Assembly: GCF_022045235.1 (NCBI RefSeq) | Contig: NW_027266343.1 | Span: 56,854,001 to 56,918,000, forward strand | Direction of reading: 5' to 3' | DNA from: Haliotis cracherodii | Taxonomy: Eukaryota | Length of the DNA stretch: 64,000 bases | In this document: piece by piece, positions 13,286 to 26,910 of the stretch | How the letters are laid out: each line of letters starts with the position of its first letter | How positions within the stretch are numbered: the stretch's first letter is position 1 | Program-made: the position numbers and the translations under genes | Notes under the pieces: model-generated | Databases searched by the model: none | What the model was told of the DNA's origin: nothing | Seen by the model: the letters and a program-made list of their open reading frames with translations, nothing else

Positions 13286-16200
13286 TTAACCCCTCTGGAT
13301 GGGTTGTGCCAAGTCCTCGATTCGCCGAGGCACCACACCCTTCAGAGCCGATTCTCTCACTACAAATGCATCGGGATTGAATTGCACATGGTCCATTGAT
13401 GCTCGCACAATAGGTTGTGAGAGTTCATCCAATCGGCTTGAAGCTACTGCACGTTTCGCTGCTCGTGTTACGGGCCATTCCACCTCCTTGGCGGGCAGGA
13501 AGCCCTCGGTGGTGCCCTTGGCTCGGGCTAACTCCATGCTCCTGGTGCTGGCTGAGGAGTTCTTGGCAGCAGCACTCACCTGTAATAAAGTCAAGGAGAT
13601 GTTCAGAGTTTCAGATACCCATGAAGATCCGGGTTAGAATAGGTCTTCAGCAACCCATGCTTGCCGTAACCGTTGACTATGTCTGTCGTAAGAGGTGACT
13701 AATGGATCGGATGGTCAGTGCGAAAAAAATAATATGTAAATTGTTACAGAATTATTATTTTGATAATTTGTCCTGTTGTCCCCCAAAATAAATTGTTTGC
13801 TGAACATGATTGGATGTTCTGATAAAAAAGTGTTGTGAATAAAACCTTAGGGTAGGAGGTGAGGTGAGGTGAAATTGGGTTTAACATTGCGTCCAAGGTT
13901 ATTGCACTTATATAGTGACGTCCATGCACGTGTGTGTGTGTGTATGGCTGTTTGTAATAGTGCGGACTGATGCCTATTTATAGTGCTAGCTCACTGAGAT
14001 ACCATGCCGCAGTTAAACATGAATACCCCACTCGGACACAGTATATGGACCCCTTAATGCCGAGCGCCAGACAGGGTAACAACAAGTACAACCTTTTAAC
14101 GACTTTTGGTATGACTTGGCAGGGGATTGAACCCCGGACCTGCTCTCTTGGCGGACCCTCTACCACTAGACCACGGAGGCGGTAGATGAAGAGTAGGAGT
14201 ACAGAGTTGACGTACAGACATCAGCTTCTTTAATCGTTCAGTGCAAGTTTTCAGCACATGTCCTAATACATTTGTCAAGTAAATCATAATGGTACCAGGA
14301 CCCGTTTGGGAGTGAGTTGGGTTTAACGCCCTTTTTATTCAAGTTATATGTGGGAGGAAAGCCCAAAGTGATGCGGGTCTCACATATTTACCACATGGAT
14401 GAAACCCATGAGCATGGGTATGGTGCTGACAAATCTAGAAACATAATCTGGGCGAGCCAGGATTTGAACCCACAGTCATAGGTTTCTAGCGTGTCTAAGG
14501 GATGAAACTGCACAGCAAATTGTTTGCCAACTTCTAGAATGCCAATCAAACACTGTCATAATGCTGGAATACTTCTGAGCGCGGCATTAAACAATAAGAA
14601 TAATCTCTCCTGGGAAAGGGTGGAAATATCAGTTTTCCTATCCTCTCAATGACTCAACATGATATTGTTTGCTTCTTTGGACTACCTCAATGAGGTGTCG
14701 CCCCATGAAGATCTGGGTTGCAATTGACCTTAAGTAACCCAGCTCGTCATTGTATCCCAATTGCTTTGATAGATGATCATGATATCAATCACCGAATTGT
14801 CTGGTCCAGACTTGGTTATTGATAGTCTGCTTTCAAATAGATGGAATATTGCTGGGGGCAGTGTTAAACAACAAACAAAGATGGGTCAGACATATAGTTA
14901 TACATACAGTCCATTGTGGTTCTCTGAAGGGCCCTGAGTTCCTTTCCTTGGGTGTGGCGAGAGATTCGATTCTCTCGGATGGCCGAGCTTTGAGTGCAGG
15001 AGAAGGGATGACAGTCTGCACCTGTCTGCTGGACTGGAAGTCTTTGTGGTAGGGTTTGTGTTGTGCCAGTTGAGCTGTGCGGGCTCGGTCGCCACACCCA
15101 GCAGCTCCTTCATCCACGTCCCAGATTGGACTCGACCTGCCGCAGCTGTAGAAGAACTGTGGCCTGGCAAATAGAAATAGGTGTGAGATAACTGAGATAA
15201 ATGGGTGTGAGATAATCGAGATAAATGGGTTTGAGATAAATGAGTGTGAGATAAATGTCTGTGAGATAACTGACGTAAATGGGTGTGAGATAACTGACGT
15301 AAATGGGTGTGAGATAAAGGGGTGTGAGATAATCGAGATAAATGGGTGTGAGATAACCAAGATAAATGGGTGAGAGATAAAGGGGTGTGAGATAATCGAG
15401 ATAAATGGGTGTGAGATAACCAAGATAAATGGGCGTGAGATAAAGGGGTGTGAGATAATCAAGATAAATGGGTGTGAGACAACAAAGATAAATGGGTGTG
15501 AGATAACCGAGATCAGTGGGAGTGTGATAACCCAGATAAGTGGGTGTGAGATAAAGGGGTGTGAGATAAATGGGTTTGAGATAACCAAGATAAATGGGTG
15601 TGAGATAACCGAGATCAGTGGGTGTGTGATAACCAAGATAAGTGGGTGTGAGATAAAGGGGTGTGAGATAAATGGGTGTGAGATAACCAAGATAAATGGG
15701 TGTGAGATAATCGAGATCAATGGGTGTGAGATAAGCAGATTTTAGGTTTCTTTTCATGTCACAAGGAACTTCTAACTTATGTTGGGATAAGTTGTATTAC
15801 TAGAGGCATGATTACAGGGTTTGAGGCTACTCTTTGTTTGTAGTTTAACACCTCTCAGCAATATTTCAGCTATATGAGCATCGATCCACACAGTTGGGAT
15901 ACAATGAGCTGCATCAACCAAGACAGGGAGCTTGATCACCCAATCCCATGAGTCGCCTCTTACAACAAGCATACATTACCAAAGATCTATTCCAACCTGG
16001 ATGTTAAAGGGTCTTCAGGCTACTGCAATTACAACATGCCTGATAACTGGATATCTTATATTTTTGGGTATTTATTTTTTACTAAAAGCCTAGGCAAGTC
16101 TAGGTCAAACTAACCAAATCTAGTTTGCTGGTTCTTTCGAATAATTTGTTTTTTAAAGACATGTTTTCATTGACTATTTGTTGGTCTAAGTATGAGGCTA

Positions 16201-19200
16201 CTGTGATTACTAGATGTATGGTAACTTTTTGAGACTACTTGGATTGCTAGATGTATGATAGCTGGGTTTGAGGCTACTGGGATTGCTAGATGTATGATTG
16301 CTGATTTTGAGGCTACTGTGATAACTAGATGCATGATTGCTGATTTTGAGGTAACAGACATTACTAGATACATAATGATTGGGTTTGAGATTAAGTACAC
16401 ATTAATGGTTTTGAAATTACTAGGATAAATATATACTAAGGGACCAACTATTTGATATTCTGGGGGATTTTGTATCAAGATTAGATATTTTTTCAACCAC
16501 AGCTACAAAACCATATATTTTTTTTAATTTAAACCTATGAGACTTATTTCTTTTAAAAAGAAAAGCACAATGCAACAATATAATTTTTTTGGCAGGTAAA
16601 TTTCTATTCAACACTATGAAACATAATTATTCTTTTCAAGCATTTTCGAGGACAATATATTGTTTTAGATACAATCCCTATTGAAAATGATCCATTATTA
16701 TATCAATAGTTCACAATTATTAAGAAAGACATTGGTCTGAGTCAAAGACATAGAAAAAAACAGTGCAGGTTGCCATGACTACCTGTGTTCCATATATTCC
16801 TGATGTGTCCTTTTGGGTTTGGCCAGTTCCATGACTCTCTGCGATGCCGCTGACGCCATGGCTTTAGGGCTTACGTTCCATAGCACCGACGATCGCCCAC
16901 AGCTATAGTAAAACAGGGGGCTGAAAGAGAAAGAGGTTACTGTGCATTTTCAACTGTTTATATGCTCAAGTACAGGTATTATTCTTAGTTTTGAAAAGGA
17001 CGCTTCCGTGGTCTAGTTGATATAGCGTCTGCAAAATTTCATCTCGCCTTCACCCAACTTAAAACATGCTAAAGCACAAGTGATGACTGGTATTAATGAA
17101 ATGAAAACGAAGACAACATCACTTACTGGGAAGCCAAACGAGTGTCTTTGCAAATACGTCTTTGCAAAAGGGTTGTCATTTGAAAACATAATTCTTTTAA
17201 CACTAGAGGCACCAGGGTGCGTTTCCCCTTACACCCAAAGCGTTACATTCCACCTTAACAAAATATCATGAAAAGTTGTTAATTCAGTGAATTGTAAATG
17301 CCTGTGTTCGCCAGCCTCTCAAATAGTTAAAGATGACATCAATCCAACTACCGTCAAAAATATATCTTTCTGTTTCTGAATAATCAAAGACGTCCTCTTG
17401 ATACGTTATCAGTAACATCTTCAACACTTACTGCCCGTAGCTATCCGCTGTGTTCTCCTCCCAGCCCACAGAATCAGACTAACCTGGCCGCTACCTTGTT
17501 GCCAAGTGAAACAAACGCTACACTGACTCCCTAAACGTCCCGCCACCGGTGTGATAAAACGAGACCTTGCTAAGTCCGCAAACTGAAGCCTGATTTTGTC
17601 GGGGTGGGAGACCATAATTCTAGGCTCACATCAACCCGATCAACTATGGCATCGACCCCACCACGACACCCCGATCTCCCGTCGGTGTTGTTACAGATGC
17701 ATACACGTAACACTGATTACCTATTGAAGACGCTTGGCTCAGATCCATGATAACCCGTAAGTCCGTGAAGGACTTTTGTTGCAGGTGGGTAGACTGGGTA
17801 GATTGATACACGGCTATCATCGAGGTGTATTAGTAACAGTTGTTGTAACACGAGTCGTGTATTAAGAAGCTTACCTTGCACAGACCATTGCTTCCTTTCA
17901 CACATTACACGAGTGTTCTTAAGGGGACTGTCGATGACACGGTGTCTGTTTCTGATAAGGACTTACGGGCATTTGGTTCACAGACTACTGAAGCGTGGAA
18001 GACACGATCTATGATCACGTATCCGATGCCTGTTGCACTTAAGGACATTTCATACGGTAGCCCGGAGTACGTAGGATTTATTATAGGCACGGAATCAATT
18101 TGTGAGTGGAGATTAGGAGAAAACCGAATGCACTAGAGCGTTCATGTACCCAATCCAAACGCTTGCTGAACTATCCTGATTTAGTTCTACAGATTTAATT
18201 TGAGTTAGATTCGATATCTATAGACTAGATGACACCAGATCGTATTATTGAACAGGATGTTTCCTTGCATGTCGCTGTAAGCTGCGTGGTATGTTAAGAA
18301 ACATCGTCAATTCTTCATGGGTTTGTAAATTCACTACGTTCCTATATTAAAGCAAGTAGAGTATTGAAACCCTTGAAGTATTGACGACGAATCAGCAGCA
18401 GACCAGGGCCCCGTTCCACAAAGCGATGGCAGCGCTCCAACTGTCGCAAGTCTATGTTGGAGTATGGGAGTTACGACTGACATAGTGCTACGATAGCTTT
18501 GTGGAACGGGGCCAAGGTCTAAAGCTGCTGTTGACCAATAGTTTGGTGAGTAGTGAAAACCCAATCCTGACCTCTACCTTCATGCACATTGTCGTAAGAG
18601 CCGACGAACGGGATCATATGGTCAGGCTAGCTGACTTGGTTGATGCATGTCATCGTATCCCAATTGCATGGATCGATGCTCATGTTGTCAATCATGTTGT
18701 CTGGGCCAGATTATTTACAGACCGCCGTCATACAGCTGGATTATTGCTGAATGCGGCGTTAAACAACAAACCTGACTGCACACACGTGTGTTATTACTTG
18801 GTTCCATGACGCCGAAAGGAAGGACAATTCGTGCAAGAAACACGTTAAGAGAAATTGGTGATGGGACTTGTTCAAGACCAAGATGGTCCGTTAGTTCTGT
18901 GTAGCGGTACCTATAGGTGGTTAGTCACGCTGAACATGCCCATTGATGAGACCCGTAAAGATTCCGGGGTAGAATAGGTCTTCAGCAACTCATGCTTGCC
19001 GTAAAAGGCGACTATGCTTGTCGTTAAAGGCGACTAACGGTATCGGGTGGTCAGGCTCGCTGACTTGGTTGATACATGTCATCGATCCCAATTGCGTGGA
19101 TCGATGCTCATGATATTAATCACAGGATTGTCTGGTCCAGACTCGATTTTTTACAGACCGCCGTCATATAGATGGAATATTGCTGAGTGCGGCGTAAGAC

Positions 19201-22200
19201 AACAAATCAACCAACCAACCCATTTATGATGTTCCCTGCCGTGATAGTGCTTGACTATTGCTAAAAGCGGCGTGAAAGGATACTCACTCCACAGTAAGCC
19301 GTTAGGGGGCCATGGTATGAGAGATTAGTGATCATGATCAGGGCGAATTTAGGATTCCAATCTACACCCAGCGGATCCGGTCAATTACAGGGAGGCAACT
19401 CCCACGCCTGAGACGACTGGCCACAGGTGCACTCCCAACACTAGTTGGCTACTTGGATGAATGATTTACATTAAAGCGACAAGATAAAAATATGAAGATG
19501 CATTAGAGACATAAAGGGAACTAACTGATTGTCTATGTTGGTTTCTTTCTGGAAGTTTCTTTTTGGTGTCGCTAGCTCGGACACCCTGTTTGAAGCCAGC
19601 GTGGTCATGGCAGACTTGGGGATTGGCCAAAGCATGTCCTGGGTGCCCCACTTCACATTCGGCCTGAAAGTAAACACGCCCTCCTTGCGTTAAACTGCAA
19701 ATCGACATCAGCTGTACATGGCAACACGGTTGGACGTAGCTAGGCATGAAGTGGACTGACACAGGGAAGTACAGAGTGATCTACTGATGGACATACGTGA
19801 CAAACGAGTTCACAGACCTTCATTATGTACATATTCGTCTTGTATCTACTCAATAAATATTTGGAAACGTACTGTTCTCTCATTTACACGTAGGTACAGG
19901 AATTGTGTAATTTTAAGCTTTTAAGTGGGAATACATGGGTTGTTTTTACTTAAAATGATCAGATTACTTGCCGACCACATATCTCTAACGTGCCTTCCAG
20001 ACAGGAAGAAAAGGGAAGGTGTACGCTGTCTTTATGAGGCCACACTTTTTTAATCTTAAATTTTTATGTTTAATTTATTTCTTAGATCGACTACTTTTCA
20101 GTATGGGCGGCGGCGCCATGAAACGAAACATGTGGCCTGAGCAACTAAAGACCACTTCTTGTAAACACATTGTACGATTTCTCTGCCCGGAATATATTTG
20201 TGCTTTTGCCAATATGGCCATATGGATCATGTGTTCATTGATTGTTCTGTGACACAACTTACCCAACGCTGGTCCACCATTCTACCTTAGGTTCCTTCGG
20301 TTTGGACAGCTGTAGGAGGCGGTCCCTGAAAGACAATGACGTCGTTAGCGCTGACATGGCGATGTATATGTACATAGTATCCTACTTAAGAAATTATACC
20401 CGACGGCAGTTTTTTACGAATATCATGATTTGGCCAGGGTGTATATCGTGTTAATAGAGTTCGAGATAACTCGTTTTTGTGTCACTTACTTTGGGGCGGC
20501 TAAGATCGATCTCAATTAGTTTGGCAGTTCCCCTCTTCTGGAATTGTTCAGAACAGTCCCAGGCAGAGGCTTCAGATAGTCCTGCACCATGACCGTGGAA
20601 TTTATATCTCTTAGGTATTGTTTTTACTAAAAGCACAGGCAAGTCTAGATCAAACTAACCAAGTCTAGTTTGCTTGATTTCACATCAGCAGAAAAGGTTC
20701 TTTCAAAAATTGAAGACATTTTTTCAATGACTAAGTGTTTGTCTACCTTTCAGATAATGTTGCATAAACACATGAGGGGTTCAGTGGGAGTTTGTGATTG
20801 GTTTATCAGATGGAACATAATGTAAATGTCTTACCTTCCCCGTTCCCGAATTCGTTCGAATTCCGCTGGAAAGAAAAGCACAGTTCAGGTTTAAAGTGGG
20901 AACAATGCGTACTTTATCAATATGTTTCCGCTGGTGGGCCAGTCTACAAAATTGAGGCTTTACGTAGTTATTGATGTTAAAGATGCAGAAACATGAACGA
21001 ATCCATTGATACCTTGAACAATCTAAATCTTTGAATACACGTTTATCTTTCACACCTGTAGGTAGAAAATACAACGTGGTTAGTGTGGTATTTGGGGTTT
21101 TTTGTTTGTTTGTTGTTTAACGCCGCGCTCGGCAATATTCCAGCTATATGACGGCGGTCTGTAAATAATCGAGTCTGGACCAGACATACAAGTGATTAAT
21201 ATCACGAGCATCGATCCACGCAATTGGGATCGATGACATGCATCAACCAAGTCAGCGAGCCTGACCACCCGATGCCGTTAGTCGTCAGTTGCTGAATGTG
21301 TTATATTCTTCCTATTGTCTCGCAGTCGGACAGCCTGGTGGTTAAAGCGTTCGCTCGTCACGCTGAAAACCCGGGTTCGATTCCCGACATGGGTACAATG
21401 TGTGAAGCCCATTTCTGGTGTCCCCCGCCGTGATATTGCTGGAATATTGCTGAAAGCGGTGTGAAACAGTGCAGTGACAGCAGTCGTGGTGAATACATAA
21501 CACTCCTCATTACGTTCAGGTGATTGCAATAACAAGTGCATCAACACTTGGAACCTGTAAATCTCCGTTGTCGACCTGACCTATCTCATCTGAATAGGCC
21601 TTACATGGAATTTCCTGCTTTTGATGTCATTAAAGTTAGATCACATGTCAAGCAGTTTTAGTTAGGTTTGTTTTGATATTATTCAATTGAACTGCTATCA
21701 CCCAATACTAAGTCATGGAAATCTAAGCCTATTGTCTTCGGGTTATCATTTGCTGATAAGTTTTTTCAAGATTAAAGGTAATGAATGCTACCCGCATTAA
21801 TTTCATGACACATAGGCCTTAATTAGGAGATGCATTAATTTCATGATTTACGGTATACATAAATGGACTTTCAAACAAGTGATTAATATCATGAGCATCG
21901 ATCCACACGATTGGGATCGATGACATGCATCAACCACGTCAGCGAGCCTGACTACCCGATCCCGTTAATCGGTGCTTACGTCAAGCATAGTCGCCTTTTA
22001 CGGCAAGCATGGGTTGCTGAAGACCTATTCCAACCCGGGTCTTCACGGGTCTTTTGAGGAGGTGGCCATCGTCACCCGTATATGGTAGGGCTACGTGCCG
22101 TATAAGATCGGGTTACATGTCGTATAGGGTAGGGTTCCGAATCAACGAGTTTATGCAGGTTACAGAAATATTGTGGACAATACTGAGCTGTACTCTCGTA

Positions 22201-25200
22201 CAGCGCCATACATACGTCTCAGTATGTATCTACTCCACAGTGTCCTGGCTACACACACGCGGGGCTGTGTGACTGAGTGGGATGGGAGGAGATTAGGTGT
22301 ACAATATTTCACAGGTATGGCCTGGGGGGGTTGTCGGCGTTAATATCCTATATTGATGTCGTTCATGTTGTAGCGTACGGGAAATTGGATAGAGTGGCTT
22401 AATTCGTTCAGGCCGTCATATGCCTGGAATAGTGCCGAGTGCGGCGTTAAACAACTAAGAATCAAACAATTCGTTCAGGGAGTGAGGTGGGTAAGTTAGC
22501 ATCCGTATTAACCCAGCAGTGCACGCGATGGCGTTATTTAAATCAATGAAATGGGGATATGATCCAGTGGGGTTGGGGGGAAATGATCCAGTAAACTCTT
22601 GAATTTTTTTTTAGTTCACACTGTTGAAAATATGCCGCATGAACTACATTGTTGTAAGGTGGTTTTCTTTAAAGATAATCAGGCGCATAGTTTTATTTAA
22701 AACTTTAAGATCTTATCTCCAGACAAAATCACAGCCCCCCAACCCCCCCCCCCCATGAATATCAAATGGTCAGTCTCTTACGTGTTATTGCAGTGCATGA
22801 AACCTGTATCACACCGTGACTTCCAGTTACAAGAGTTTGTAATTTGGCCCTAGTGACATGCGTGTCTGACGTAACTCAGTGGTGGAGTAATTGTCCGGGC
22901 CTACTTCCACGACCCTTTGAGTAAATGTGTTGAAGCATTGAATTTTGACTTTAGCAATTCGTAACAGTTGTGGCGATACGTTGTCTCAGGAAGGAGGACT
23001 CAATGAGGGAGTCACAAAACGCTTCAAGCGTAGGACAAGCCTAAGTGTTTACGTGACCCACGACTATCGTAACTGTAAGATTGGCCATGACGTATCTCAC
23101 CGAAAGTCCCCGAGCTTCACGACACTTGTGTTGCTGTTGTCTGGTTGATCCGTCGTCAGTGTTTGTGGTTTAAGCTTGTTATTATTAGCATGAATTAAGG
23201 AGAATAATGATGACGTTTCACGATACTGAATCAGGGTGTTTAAGGATAACGTTGTTATATATTTCTACTTTGTTGTGTCTGCGGTTTGCTGATTTATACT
23301 TGAAATTAGCAACTATAAACATCGATTGTTTTGCGCCCCAATCCTTGAAATAAGAAGGCATATAACCACGATCTCAAGTATCAGGTCCCGAAGTTGCGTG
23401 TCTATGTGTGCAACTTGTAGAAGTGTGAACTGCGGTCACGTATGTTACTGTACGTATTATTGACAGTGTGTATTGATTATCTCTCACGGCGTGATCAAGG
23501 CTGGGATCAGGCAAGAAAGGCAACCGCTCGATTGCTATAGGTTGACGTATAGCTAAACACCGGTAACCGTAACGTTTATTGACGTTTATTAATAATGACA
23601 GTGATAAATGTGTAAGATTATCTTAGCAAAACTGGAGGTTAGAAATTGTCACAACATATGTCAACAGTCACGTTATTACGCTGTAACAAAAACTCGTTAA
23701 TCCAGACATTTGTTAATTCGGACAATTTCACTGACACGGTGCCTTCCGTATTAACGGGGTTTCATTTTAATTTGATCTCACTTTTAGGGGCTGTTATTCT
23801 GATATCCTATAGGAAAGTGAGGATATGTGATATTACACATGTGTGGCGTTTAATATCTTCTGGACACCCTCAAGTTGTTATATAACATTTACATTGTTGA
23901 ACTAGCTACCAGACCATATGACGATAATGTTAATGTAACGTCGGATTGGTGCATTGGCTAAACCTCGTCTCTGGCCAGATATGGTAAATCTGTCAATAAG
24001 CTGCTGAAATCAGCATGTCGAAACGTTTTCTCTAGAACCTACGTTCCACGTTAACTCAGAAAGGGACGACGTTAACAGTACTGCTAACATTCAGTCATGC
24101 AGAGAGCGATCGGGTTGCCAAGTGGTTAAAGCGTTCGCTCGTCACGCCGAAGACCCGGGTTCAATTCCGGACATGGGTACAATGTGTGAAGCCCATTTCT
24201 GGTGTCCCCCGCCGTGATATTGCTGGAATATTGCAAAAAGCAGCGTAAAACCATACTCACCCAGTCAGTCATGCAGGCTCTGTATATACTTTGGTAATGG
24301 ACCGTCACTCGTGGGGTACGTCATGCAGACTTTGTACATGCCAGGGTGATGGGAATTACACTCACGGGGTACGTCATGCAGGCTCTGTATATACTTTGGT
24401 AATGGATCGTCACTCGTGGGGTACGTCATGCAGGCTCTGTATATACTTTGGTAATGGACCGTCACTCGTGTGGTACGTCATGCAGACTCTGTATATATTG
24501 GGGAAATGGGACTGACGCTCGTGGGGTACGTCATACAGACTGTATATACTTTTATAATGGAGCTGACGCCCTTTGGGGTACGTCATGCACACTTGGTACA
24601 TGCCAGGGTGATGGGAATTACACTCACGGGGTACGTCATGTAGGCTCTGTACATATTGGGGGCAGTGGGACTTACGCTCGTGGGGTACGTCATGTAGACT
24701 TATATATACCGGAGTGATGAGACTGACGATTGAGGGATACGTCATGCAGACTGTATATACCGGGGTGAAGGGACTGATATTCGTGGGGTACGTCCGAGAG
24801 ACGGGGCTGAGGAATTCTATAATTGCCACTCTGCTTCATTGATACAAGATCTCCCAGGAATTGACAAGGACACTTTAGGTCTGGACATCCGTTAAGGGCG
24901 GATTCAGAAATTTCCAAACTCTTTTAAGAGGGAGACCTCCACTGTTACAACGCCAATGACACACTGTCATTTTGGCACGGCTGGGATCAACCGAAATGAT
25001 ACGTGATGCGACCATTTTACAAAATAGCCCTGAGCATTCACAAAAATTCTTGTTGGCATCTGTTTTCTCATTACTGAATCCATGAGATTATAAAGGCAAT
25101 GGAGTTAACTGACTGGAATAGTTCATTTTCCACCCTTGCCGAACTAGGCTGCAATTTCTGGGCTCGATCGTAGCGCCACAAGTGGCTATTACGAGTTATG

Positions 25201-26831
25201 TTCCTTCTATGGCCATCGTATTGGCCAATGAGATTCCACTTCTCATATCACTTGCATTTACTTCCAACAAAATGGCGGCCACCAGTCAAGACGATCTGAT
25301 CGATAATCAAAATGTATATTGTAAAACAACGGGTCTTACTTCAAATCACGTGAGCACCTTGGTTAAAAACCTGGAAATATTTGGAAAATAACTGTTGACG
25401 CAGATTTGGCAGTACACATGCTTAAACAAATCCTGCAATCGAACGAAATCTGAACAGATGTCGATTTCGTTACGCGATTTTGATTTGACTGTGCATAGGC
25501 TCGTTAGGTACAACTCCATAATTCCAGCCTAGTTCGGCAAGGGTGGGAAATGGACGTTTACAGTCAGTTAACTCCCTTGCCTTGGGAAGATGTGTTCTGG
25601 AGATGGAACCAGGGAAAACAAGTGCGAAAAGGAAGGTTGAGGTTAAAGAAATTCATATATACTTAAATGCTGTTTTAACACTCCCGACATATCCTTTAAG
25701 AGTCATGCATCAGAAAAATTAGTAGTCTCTGAAATGTCTGGGTGAGGTTTTAGGATTGGTCTACGTCAAACAACAAAAACGGATTATTCAACAACGAAAC
25801 ACGTGTAAATGCACGACATTGTGGGTTAAAGGTTACAGGAAAGTCTGCACGTGCATCGTGACTACCTTTGTCTGGGAAGCCCTCTCCACGCGAGTCCGTT
25901 TCGTCTACTTCTATGGAGGAAGAATGGCGTTAATGTTATGAAATATGCATAATGAACTTGTAATGTACACATGACGGAGAGTGCTGGAAGGAAAATACCC
26001 AAGTAATGTTGATAAACAAGAATAGGAGTACAATCTACCTCGATCAGCAATGGCTTCGTTCTTCCTGTAAAGCAAAGACATAGCAGCGAGCTTCAGTAAC
26101 TGTAAGTGTGGGTATGACAGGACTGACAATGGAAATCAGTGTTGGAAAACATGGATTAGCTGCACCCCTCGACAGAAACCCCTCCGCCCGCCAGCAACGT
26201 GCACCCATGTTTCTGTTATCTTTGGTAAGGCAGTGCCAACGGGGTGTCATGTGACCATGCAGTTGACGGCCAGGGGCGGGCCGTGCTGGGGTCATGGATG
26301 AGTCTACGTTTGAAGGATTGTTTCATTGTCTGTTTAGCCAGTAAACGTTGTGGGATCAGATGACAGCCGAGGAAAAGGATGCAAAGATGTCAAAATATAT
26401 TGTTGAATGTAGCATGGGTGGTTGGGGGAACTACGTTCAATGTATGTTCGTTGACGAGTAGTTACAGTTTTGATAGAATTACCCAGGCATACCCAACATG
26501 ATGAGCCTGTCGTGTTTGCCAAAACAGAAGTTCTCAGTCGCCCCTATCTCCCACCCACTATCTCTCTATACAATGCGAGTGTCTTGCAAAAAGTTGAGCC
26601 ATACAGCTTCACACAGATCACAGATCATAGTAGGAGGTTTAGCGGGGGGAGGGGGGTCCTTCCTGACACCACCTCCCTTTTTGAAATTCAAATGTAGTAT
26701 GCTGTAGGCAGTAAGATTATCTGAAAGGAATTTCTTATTCTGGACCCCTCTATTATAAAATTGCTTGATCCGCCCTTGCAGATAACACATGTAACTTGAA
26801 ATGCCTGGAAGTATACTGTACTGTGTACTGT

Positions 26832-26910
<79 letters not shown>

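Noticed and set aside
14833-15757. 295-aa and 215-aa ORFs
   Set aside because: Mostly tandem repeat; only 15163-14908 is a real exon with proper splice sites.
16040-16180. ~130-bp segment repeated at ~20600-20750
   Set aside because: Short intronic dispersed repeat fragment with no ends or function that I can support.
19047-19229. Recurrent MVRLADLVD.. ORFs (also 21080, 29236, 34891)
   Set aside because: Chance frames of the family B SINE; variable stops between copies.
21015-21075. Acceptor-like site and short exon candidate (GVKDKRVFKDLDCSR) in the duplication arm
   Set aside because: Its donor is phase 2, incompatible with the next THEG exon (phase 1); no coding support.
23995-24035. 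Hammerhead-ribozyme-like CTGCTGA...CGAAAC
   Set aside because: Core deviates from CUGANGA and flanking stems could not be formed by eye.
24268-24795. CRISPR-like regular repeats here and at 42001-42243 and 49440-49875
   Set aside because: No unique spacers, no cas genes, eukaryotic context; ordinary minisatellites.
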